Positions 44,302-50,677 of a stretch of 50,677 nt of DNA are shown here, in pieces. Origin of the DNA: Holophagales bacterium UBA5066 (GTDB taxonomy: Bacteria; Acidobacteriota; Thermoanaerobaculia; UBA5066); the NCBI GenBank assembly GCA_002414905.1, contig DIAY01000022.1:1-50677 (forward strand). The letters run 5' to 3'. Each line of letters starts with the position of its first letter. Within the stretch, counting starts at the first letter, position 1. A model generated the notes under the pieces. It ran no database searches. It was not told the DNA's origin and saw only the letters and a program-made list of their open reading frames with translations. Both the position numbers and the translations under genes were made by a program.

Positions 44302-44847
44302 AGCCTCGGCCGCTTGGCAGAGGAGGTGGAGGACGGCGAGGGTGACTTCCTGGACGTGGGCGGTCTCGGCGGAGGGGACGACGAGGCCGTGGTCCCACCT
44401 CGCGGCCTCGGCAGTGCCGCGAGAGCCGGTGACGAGGATCGTGACCAGCCCCCGGGCGCGCGCGGTCTCGAGCGCCTTCACGACGTTCGGGCTCGTGCCG
44501 GAGGTGGAGAGGCCGAGGGCGACGTCACCGGCGCGGCCGAGCGCCTCGACCTGCCGGGCGAAGACGTATTCAAAAGAGAAATCGTTCGCGCAGGCGGTGA
44601 GGATCGCGCCGTCGCACGTGAGGGCGATCGACGGGAGGCCCGCCCGGTCGTCCTTGTAGCGGACGACGAGCTCTGCGGCGAAGTGCTGCGCCTGGGTGGC
44701 GCTCCCGCCGTTGCCGAAGGCGAGGACCTTGTGTCCCTCGCGGACGGCGAGCGCCATCGCGGAGCACGCCGCCTCGAGGGACGGCGTCATCGCGTCGCGC
44801 GCGGCGAGGGCGACGGCCGCGAGAGCCGAGAGGTGAGCGTCGATCAC
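44287..44847 (-). CDS. gmhA: D-sedoheptulose 7-phosphate isomerase (SIS domain)
   Basis: 186 aa. Motifs: FGNGGSATQAQHFAAEL, GLSTSGTSPNV, and the overall GmhA length. The GTG start overlaps the hldE stop (GTGA). Confidence 0.9.
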   Translation of the reverse strand: MIDAHLSALAAVALAARDAMTPSLEAACSAMALAVREGHKVLAFGNGGSATQAQHFAAELVVRYKDDRAGLPSIALTCDGAILTACANDFSFEYVFARQVEALGRAGDVALGLSTSGTSPNVVKALETARARGLVTILVTGSRGTAEAARWDHGLVVPSAETAHVQEVTLAVLHLLCQAAEAGVRS

Positions 44848-46298
44848 GCGGTCTCCTTCATCTTCGTCACCATCGAAGTGGTGGAGCGCCCGGGGAGGAG
44901 CGGGACGAGCGTGACCTCTCCGCCGTAGGACCGGACGAAGGCCGCGCCGACGACGCTTTCCTCGGTGTAGTCGCCTCCCTTGACGAGGACCTGGGGCCGG
45001 ATCTGGGCGATGAGCGTCTCCGGCGTGTCCTCCTCGAAGAGGACGACGAAGTCGACGGCGTCGAGGCCGCCGAGGACCTGCGCCCGGTCCGTCTCGGAGA
45101 GGATCGGCCGCTCAGGCCCCTTGAGGCGCTTCACGGATGCGTCGCTGTTGAGGCCGACGACGAGGACGTCGCCGAGCCGCTTCGCCGCACCGAGGAGCGT
45201 GATGTGGCCCGGGTGGAGGAGGTCGAAGCAGCCGTTCGTGAAGACGACGCGCCGGTGGGCGCGCCGGAGCATCTGCGCGACGGCCGCGACGTGCCCGCGC
45301 CCGAGCAGCTTCTCGGCAGGGGAGGAGGTGAGGCCGTCGAGGAGGTCGGCCCAGCGGACGGAGGCGGTCCCCGCCCGGCCGACGACGACGCCGGCGGCAC
45401 GGTTGGCGACCCTGGCCGCGTCGGCGAGCGGGAGCCCGGCACCGAGGGCGACGCCGAGCGTCGCCAGGACGGTGTCCCCCGCACCGGTGACGTCGAAGAC
45501 TTCGCGTGCGCGGGCCGCGATCTCCAGCGGCGCGCCCCCTTTCGGCAGGAGGAGCATCCCCTCCTCCGAGAGCTTGACGAGAATCGCGTCGAGGTCGAGA
45601 TCGTCCCTGAGGCGCGAGGCGAGCCGCGCCACCGTCCCGAGGTCGCGGGCGCTCTCGCCCGTCACCGTCTCGAGCTCTCTGCGGTTCGGGGTGATGCAGG
45701 TGGCCCCGCGGTAGCGGGAATAGTCCTTCCCCTTCGGGTCGACGAGCGCCGGAACACCCCGGCGCCTCGCCTCGGCAAGGAGGGTGTCCATGACGCGCGG
45801 TGTGAGGGTCCCCTTCGAGTAGTCGGAGAGGAGGAGGACGTCGGCCGTCTCGAGCGCCGCGAGCCCCGCGGAGACCAGCTCTTCCTCGGCCGCGGCCGAG
45901 AGGCCGGCCGGGAGCTCCTGGTCGACGCGGAGGAGCTGGCGGCCGTCGGCGACCATCCGGCGCTTGACGGGAGTCGTCCGGAGCGGGTCGACGACGACGT
46001 GCTGCTCGCCGCCCGTGAGACTGCCCAGGTGGCGCGCGATCCAGGTGCCCTCTTCCTCGGGACCCACGGCGCCGAGCGCCACCGTCCGCGCACCGAGCGC
46101 GGCGAGGTTCTCGACGACGTTCCCGGCGCCTCCCGCGCGGCGCGACATCGACGACAGCGCCAGGAGCGGCACCGGCGCCTCGGGCGCGACGCGGGAAACG
46201 TCCCCGAGCCAGGTCTCGTCGAGCATCAGATCGCCCACGACGACCGCCCTCACGCTCGGCGCGGCGGCGGCGAGGGCCGCGAGCTCGCGCGGGGTCAT
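44844..46298 (-). CDS. hldE: Bifunctional D-beta-D-heptose 7-phosphate kinase / heptose 1-phosphate adenylyltransferase
   Basis: 484 aa. N-terminal ribokinase-like half (DVTGAGDT) and C-terminal cytidylyltransferase half (FTNGCFDLLHPGHITLL ... VKGGDY). Confidence 0.9.
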   Translation of the reverse strand: MTPRELAALAAAAPSVRAVVVGDLMLDETWLGDVSRVAPEAPVPLLALSSMSRRAGGAGNVVENLAALGARTVALGAVGPEEEGTWIARHLGSLTGGEQHVVVDPLRTTPVKRRMVADGRQLLRVDQELPAGLSAAAEEELVSAGLAALETADVLLLSDYSKGTLTPRVMDTLLAEARRRGVPALVDPKGKDYSRYRGATCITPNRRELETVTGESARDLGTVARLASRLRDDLDLDAILVKLSEEGMLLLPKGGAPLEIAARAREVFDVTGAGDTVLATLGVALGAGLPLADAARVANRAAGVVVGRAGTASVRWADLLDGLTSSPAEKLLGRGHVAAVAQMLRRAHRRVVFTNGCFDLLHPGHITLLGAAKRLGDVLVVGLNSDASVKRLKGPERPILSETDRAQVLGGLDAVDFVVLFEEDTPETLIAQIRPQVLVKGGDYTEESVVGAAFVRSYGGEVTLVPLLPGRSTTSMVTKMKETA

Positions 46299-46384
46299 CG
46301 TTCGCTCCTCGAGGAGGGGGTCCGGGGGAACCCCGCCCGGCGGGTTCCCCCGGGACAGCGCGCCGCGAGCTCGCGCGGGGTCAT
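46276..46384. repeat. Perfect 23-bp direct repeat duplicating the hldE start, bounding an 86-bp insert with a hairpin
   Basis: GCCGCGAGCTCGCGCGGGGTCAT occurs at 46276-46298 and again at 46362-46384. A 10-bp perfect stem CGGGGGAACC / GGTTCCCCCG lies at 46323-46332 / 46343-46352. On the minus strand the insert forms a 29-codon ORF (MTPRELAARCPGGTRRAGFPRTPSSRSER). Its ATG overlaps the upstream stop (ATGA) and its stop overlaps the hldE ATG (ATGA). Confidence 0.85.
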
Positions 46385-47328
46385 GGCCGATCCTCCAGCC
46401 CCAGGACGAGCGCCTGCGCCAGGAGCGGCAGGAGGATCTCGTGGTGGCCGGTGATCGCGTACGAGGCGCCGCCCGAGAGGACAGGACGCTTCAGGACGTT
46501 CTCGTGCGGCCGGTAGTGCCGGATCATGTCGAGGTCCACGGTCGTGAAGTTCCTCACGTCGTGCCCGAGGTTGCGCGCCATCGAGAGGGCTTTCAGGAAG
46601 ACCTCCGGCATGATGACCGCGGAACCGGCGTTGATCCAGACCCCTCCGCCGCCGAGCTCTCCGATGACGCGCCGGATCGTCGTGAAGTCGCGGACCGACA
46701 TCTCTCCGACGAGAGCGCCGTCCATCCCCGGGTGCTGCACGAGCGTGTCGGTCCCGAGCGCGACGTGGACGGTGAGGGGGATGTCCGCCTTCGCCGCCGC
46801 GGCGAACAGGGAGAGGCCCCGGTACGGGAGGCGTCCGTGCAGGATCGCCTCGCCGAGGGCGCGGCCGTAGCCAACGTCCTTCTTCCGTCCGGCGCGAAGC
46901 GCGCGGAAGATCCCCTCGCCCGTCTCCCGGCTCATCCCGAACTCGCCCGTCTCGAGGACGGCGCCGACGTCCTCGGAGGTCTTCCCGTGGAACGCGACCT
47001 CGAAGTCGTGAATGCCGCTGGCCCCGTTCGTCGCGAGGGCCGTCACGAACCCGCGCTCGACGAGGTCGATGAGGACCGGTCCGAGCCCCGTCTTCAGGAC
47101 GTGGGCTCCGAAAGCGAGGACGACGGGCTTCCCTTTCCGCCGGGCCGCGTGAATCGCGGCGGCGACCTTCCGGAGCGACTCGGCGGCGAGAATCTTCGGC
47201 AGGCCGTTCCAGAAGTCGGCGAAGGTGCCGCTCGTGGCGGGCTTCGCCGCGAAATCGTCCGTTTTCACCTTGAACGACCGTGTCGCGATCGGGTACGTCG
47301 TCACGATCTCTCGCGGGCGCCTCGTCAT
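46381..47328 (-). CDS. Deoxyhypusine-synthase-like (DHS-like NAD-binding fold) family protein, function unknown
   Basis: Start ATG 47328, preceded by GGAGGAGAGGGA and overlapping the gmhB stop (ATGA). 315 aa. The blocks KPVVLAFGAHVLKTGLGPVLIDLVERGFVTALATNGASGIHDFE and GGGGVWINAGSAVIMPEVF resemble the layout of deoxyhypusine synthase family proteins. The assignment is tentative. Confidence 0.6.
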   Translation of the reverse strand: MTRRPREIVTTYPIATRSFKVKTDDFAAKPATSGTFADFWNGLPKILAAESLRKVAAAIHAARRKGKPVVLAFGAHVLKTGLGPVLIDLVERGFVTALATNGASGIHDFEVAFHGKTSEDVGAVLETGEFGMSRETGEGIFRALRAGRKKDVGYGRALGEAILHGRLPYRGLSLFAAAAKADIPLTVHVALGTDTLVQHPGMDGALVGEMSVRDFTTIRRVIGELGGGGVWINAGSAVIMPEVFLKALSMARNLGHDVRNFTTVDLDMIRHYRPHENVLKRPVLSGGASYAITGHHEILLPLLAQALVLGLEDRP

Positions 47329-47921
47329 CGTTCCCTCTCCTCCGCCGCCGCCCTCAGCCTCCGGAGGCCATCGGCGAGCCCCCCGGCGAGGATCACCGCC
47401 CCGCCGCCCTTCTGCCGGACCGCCGCACGCTGCTCGCGCCCATGCCCCGAGAGGAGATGGACGGCGAGGGCGCCGAGCGCGAGGCCCGCGCCGACGTCGT
47501 CCCACTTGTCCCCGACGACGGCGGACCGTGCGGCCGAGAGGGAGTGGCGGCGGAGCGCACGCCGGTGAAGGAGGGTCCCCGGCTTGCGACAGCGGCAGGC
47601 GATCGCGTATTCCCTCACCTTCCCTTGCGGGTGGTGCGGGCAGACGAGCCAGCCGGCGAGCGGGACGCCTCGGGCGGCCAGCCGCCGTTCCACCTCGGCG
47701 TTCACCGCGTTCACCTCATCCCAGCGCGTCAGTCCCCGGGCGATACCCGACTGGTTCGTCACGACGAAGAGCTTCGTCCCCTCCGCCACGAAGCGCGCCA
47801 GGAGCGCCGGAGCGCCCGGCGCGAGGCGGACCCCCTTCGGGTCGGCGAGGAAGCCCCGCTCGGCGATGAGCGTCCCGTCGCGATCGAGGAAAAGGGCGTC
47901 GAGAAGCGGGCGGCGCCTCAC
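47325..47921 (-). CDS. gmhB: D-glycero-D-manno-heptose 1,7-bisphosphate 7-phosphatase (HAD-IIIA)
   Basis: 198 aa. Motifs: FLDRDGTL, VTNQSGIARG, zinc-site-like CPHHP...C.CRKP, and VGDKWDD. Confidence 0.85.
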   Translation of the reverse strand: MRRRPLLDALFLDRDGTLIAERGFLADPKGVRLAPGAPALLARFVAEGTKLFVVTNQSGIARGLTRWDEVNAVNAEVERRLAARGVPLAGWLVCPHHPQGKVREYAIACRCRKPGTLLHRRALRRHSLSAARSAVVGDKWDDVGAGLALGALAVHLLSGHGREQRAAVRQKGGGAVILAGGLADGLRRLRAAAEERER

Positions 47922-48442
47922 CTGGCGCCGACGGCCTTCCGGATCGCCTCCGTGAACGCGGCCTCGGTCTGGAGGCCCGGGAGGCGGGTCGAGATCGTCC
48001 CGTCGCGCCCGTAGATCAGCGTGTACGGCAGGGAGCCGTCCCAGGTCGGGTCGACGGTGTCGATGAAGTCCTGCGGATCGCGCGCTTTCGCGAGCCAGGA
48101 GACGAACGGGACCTTCTGCGCCTCGAGGAACTTCGGCACCTGGTTAGGACCCGTCTTCTGCGAGTCGAGAGAGACGAGGACGACGGCGAGGTCCTTCGAG
48201 GGGAACTTCTTCGCGGCCGCGACGAGGTGAGGCATCTCCTCGCGGCAGGGCTCGCACCAGGTCGCCCAGAAGTTGACGAGAAGAACACGTCCCTTCCGCC
48301 CCGCCACGATCCGGCTCTTGTAGTCCCCTGGTTTCAGGTGCTTCACGGGTTCCGCGGCCGCGGAAGCCCCCTGAAGGACGAGAGCCGCAAGGAAGGAGAT
48401 GGCCGCTCTCCTCGCGCGCGCGGAGGCCGGGAAGAAGCCCAC
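47918..48442 (-). CDS. TlpA/ResA-like periplasmic thiol:disulfide oxidoreductase
   Basis: 174 aa with a signal/anchor (AAISFLAALVLQGASAAA). Thioredoxin motif NFWATWCEPCREEMP. Confidence 0.85.
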   Translation of the reverse strand: MGFFPASARARRAAISFLAALVLQGASAAAEPVKHLKPGDYKSRIVAGRKGRVLLVNFWATWCEPCREEMPHLVAAAKKFPSKDLAVVLVSLDSQKTGPNQVPKFLEAQKVPFVSWLAKARDPQDFIDTVDPTWDGSLPYTLIYGRDGTISTRLPGLQTEAAFTEAIRKAVGAR

Positions 48443-48443
48443 C

Positions 48444-49058
48444 TCAGACGCGCTTGATCGAGCAGCCGAAGGCCTTCGTCTCGGCTGCGGGGACCGGCTT
48501 GCCCGCGAGGATCGCCTCGAGGGCGTTCCGGAGGTCTGGCGACTTCACGTTCTGAGGGTCCTCGTGCGTCTCGTCGATCCGTCCACGGTAGAGAAGCGTT
48601 CCTTTCGGATCGAGGACGTAGATCTCGGGCGTCTTCTGCGCGCCGTAGAGGTCGGCCACCTTGTTCCCTTCGTCCTTCAGGACCGGGAAGGCGAATCCGT
48701 GCTTCTTCGCGTCTTCGGCAACCTCGGCCGCGGGTTCGGTCTTGTTGCTGTTGATCGTCACGAAGGCCACGCCCTTGCCGGCGTATTCCTTTCCCATCGA
48801 CGCGACGCGCCCCTTGTAGCCGATGGCGTAGGGGCACTTGGTCGCGTCGAAGACGACGACCACGGCCTTGCTCCTGGCGAGGAGGTCCTTCAGGGCGACG
48901 GGCTCCCCTCCGGCGGCGGGAGGAAGGGTGAAGTCGGGGGCCGGAGCGCCGATCTTCGGCGCCTCGGGCTTCTGTGCACGCGCGGGGAGCGCGACGGCGA
49001 GCGTCGCTGCGGCGGCGAGGGCGCCGAGGACGCCGAGGGTGAGGCGGGGAACCTTCAT
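48444..49058 (-). CDS. Secreted thioredoxin-fold (redoxin/AhpC-TSA-like) protein
   Basis: 204 aa with signal peptide MKVPRLTLGVLGALAAAATLAVALPARA. Redoxin-like APDFTLP...VVVFDATKCPY pattern and a C-terminal GCSIK. The ATG overlaps the purL stop (ATGA). Confidence 0.75.
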   Translation of the reverse strand: MKVPRLTLGVLGALAAAATLAVALPARAQKPEAPKIGAPAPDFTLPPAAGGEPVALKDLLARSKAVVVVFDATKCPYAIGYKGRVASMGKEYAGKGVAFVTINSNKTEPAAEVAEDAKKHGFAFPVLKDEGNKVADLYGAQKTPEIYVLDPKGTLLYRGRIDETHEDPQNVKSPDLRNALEAILAGKPVPAAETKAFGCSIKRV

Positions 49059-50677
49059 GCGGTCATCTCCATCATTCTCTCGAAGGCCTCCTCGGAGGCC
49101 TGCTTCAGCGTGGAAACGGAAACGTCGAGGACGACATTCCCGCTCACGCTCACCCTGAGGACGTCTTTCCTCACGCGTCCGAGGAAGGCCGTCGGCACCC
49201 CGTGTCGCCGGGCCGCCTCGAGAACGGTCTTCTCGTTCCCCGGCGGGAAGGAGACGACGACGCGTGGCGTGGACTGGGAGAAGAGGTAGACGGTCGGAAG
49301 GAGCGCCGTCTCGACGTTCAGGTCAGCCCCGAGCCCGTTCGGGATCGCCGCCTCGGCGAGCGCGACGCCAAGACCGCCGCCTTCGATGTCGTGCGCCGAG
49401 GAGAGGACCCCGTCGGCCGCCAGATCGCACAGGAGGTCGACGAGGGAGCGGACACCGAGGAGATCCAGCCGGGGACAGGGCCCCTCGTCGCGGCCGAGGA
49501 CGGTGGCGAGATACTCGCTGCACCCCAGCTCGTCGCGGGTCTCGCCGAAGAGGGCGACGACGTCGTTCTCGGCGGCGAAGGCGTGCGGCACCGCACGGGC
49601 GACGTCCTCGAGGAGGCCCACCATCCCGACGGTCGGCGTCGGCAGGATCGACTCGCCGTCGGTCTCGTTGTAGAGCGAGACGTTCCCGGAGACGACGGGC
49701 GTCTCGAGGGCGCGGCACGCGAGCGAAAGTCCTTTCACCGCGGCCGCGAGCTGGCCCAGGATCTCGGGCCGTTCGGGGTTGCCGAAGTTCAGGCAGTCGG
49801 TGATGGCGAGCGGCCGTGCGCCCGTGCAGGCGACGTTCAGCGCCGCCTCGGCCACGGCGTGCGCAGCCCCGCGCATCGGGTCGGCCGCGCAGTAGCGCGG
49901 GTTGACGTCGGCCGTCAGCGCGAGTCCCTTCTTCGTCCCCTTCACGCGCAGGACCGCCGCGTCCCCCGGCGGGCCGATCACCGTGTTCGTCCTCACGCTC
50001 CGGTCATACTGGCGCCAGATCCAGGCCTTGCTGCAGAGGTTCGGCGAAGCGAGGAGGACGAGCAGGGCCGTCTTCTCGTCGGGCGCGCCGTAGAGGTCGA
50101 CCGCTCCCTCGATCGGCGCGAGCGGCTCGGCGAGTGTCCACGGTCGGCGGTAGACCGGCGCCTCGTCGACGAGCGGTGCGACGGGAAGGTCGGCCACGAC
50201 CTCTCCGTGCCAGTGAAGGACCATCCGCGGCTCGCCCGTCACCTCGCCGATCTCGGCGACGTCGAGGCCCCACTTCTCGAAGACCTCGATGACCTCGCGC
50301 TCGCGCCCCTTCTTCGTGACGAGGAGCATCCGCTCCTGCGACTCGGAGAGCATCAGTTCGTAGGGCGACATGCCGGCCTCGCGCATCGGGACCCGGTCGA
50401 GGTCGAGGCGCATCCCGACGTCGCCCCGCGCACACATCTCGAACGAGGACGACGTGAGGCCCGCGGCTCCCATGTCCTGGATGGCGACGACGGCGTCTCC
50501 CTCGAGGACCTCCAGGACCGCCTCGAGGAGGAGCTTTTCGGCGAACGGGTCGCCGACCTGGACCGTCGGGCGCCGCTTCGCCTTCTCGTCGTCGAAGACG
50601 TCGGACGCCATCGACGCGCCGTGGATTCCGTCGCGCCCCGTCTTCGAGCCGGCGTAGAGGACCGGGTTGCCGACCCC
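49055..50677 (-). CDS. purL: Phosphoribosylformylglycinamidine synthase subunit PurL, 5' end outside the window
   Basis: The frame stays open to the window edge. The text GVGNPVLYAGSKTGRDGIHGASMASDVFD...VQVGDPFAEK...IQDMGAAGLTSS is the PurL (FGAM synthase II) signature. The N-terminal approximately 200 aa are missing. Confidence 0.9.
   Translation of the reverse strand, partial: GVGNPVLYAGSKTGRDGIHGASMASDVFDDEKAKRRPTVQVGDPFAEKLLLEAVLEVLEGDAVVAIQDMGAAGLTSSSFEMCARGDVGMRLDLDRVPMREAGMSPYELMLSESQERMLLVTKKGREREVIEVFEKWGLDVAEIGEVTGEPRMVLHWHGEVVADLPVAPLVDEAPVYRRPWTLAEPLAPIEGAVDLYGAPDEKTALLVLLASPNLCSKAWIWRQYDRSVRTNTVIGPPGDAAVLRVKGTKKGLALTADVNPRYCAADPMRGAAHAVAEAALNVACTGARPLAITDCLNFGNPERPEILGQLAAAVKGLSLACRALETPVVSGNVSLYNETDGESILPTPTVGMVGLLEDVARAVPHAFAAENDVVALFGETRDELGCSEYLATVLGRDEGPCPRLDLLGVRSLVDLLCDLAADGVLSSAHDIEGGGLGVALAEAAIPNGLGADLNVETALLPTVYLFSQSTPRVVVSFPPGNEKTVLEAARRHGVPTAFLGRVRKDVLRVSVSGNVVLDVSVSTLKQASEEAFERMMEMTA

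Overview
About 50.7 kb of very GC-rich bacterial chromosome (by eye about 70% G+C, with codon third positions almost saturated with G/C). It is densely coding with many 4-nt start/stop overlaps. All functional calls come from reading the translated ORFs and recognising motifs; no search was run. I support 37 protein-coding genes (purL is cut by the window end), one transporter gene remnant, two tRNAs (His-GTG and Arg-CCG), a SAM-I riboswitch candidate upstream of metK, one clear intrinsic terminator and several families of short structured repeats. I found no transposase, integrase, phage, CRISPR/cas or recognisable defence genes. The gene content is the kind seen in Acidobacteriota-like soil and sediment bacteria: a TolB-propeller Ser/Thr kinase, a sortilin-like BNR protein and five or six GT-C type membrane glycosyltransferases. 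Taxonomy cannot be proven from this window. Main observations: (1) One 1429-codon frame fuses a complete topoisomerase III to a complete RecQ helicase. (2) The linker of that fusion is encoded by a palindromic REP/MITE-like repeat, including a perfect 26-bp inverted repeat. It has atypical A/T-ending codons, and a sibling copy sits in the intergenic region just upstream of the same gene. (3) A second small hairpin element has copies at 22825-22931 and 44237-44301, and it lies in an unusually long, heavily palindromic, gene-free spacer after metK. (4) A translationally coupled purL / thioredoxin-like / tlpA / gmhB / DHS-like / hldE / gmhA operon contains an 86-bp insert bounded by a perfect 23-bp direct repeat that duplicates the hldE start. 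(5) An uncharacterised envelope gene cluster encodes two tandem paralogous secreted proteins, an outer-membrane barrel and a small bitopic membrane protein. (6) There are two polyprenol-dependent glycosylation loci. The many long ORFs on the opposite strand of real genes are high-GC shadow ORFs and were rejected.
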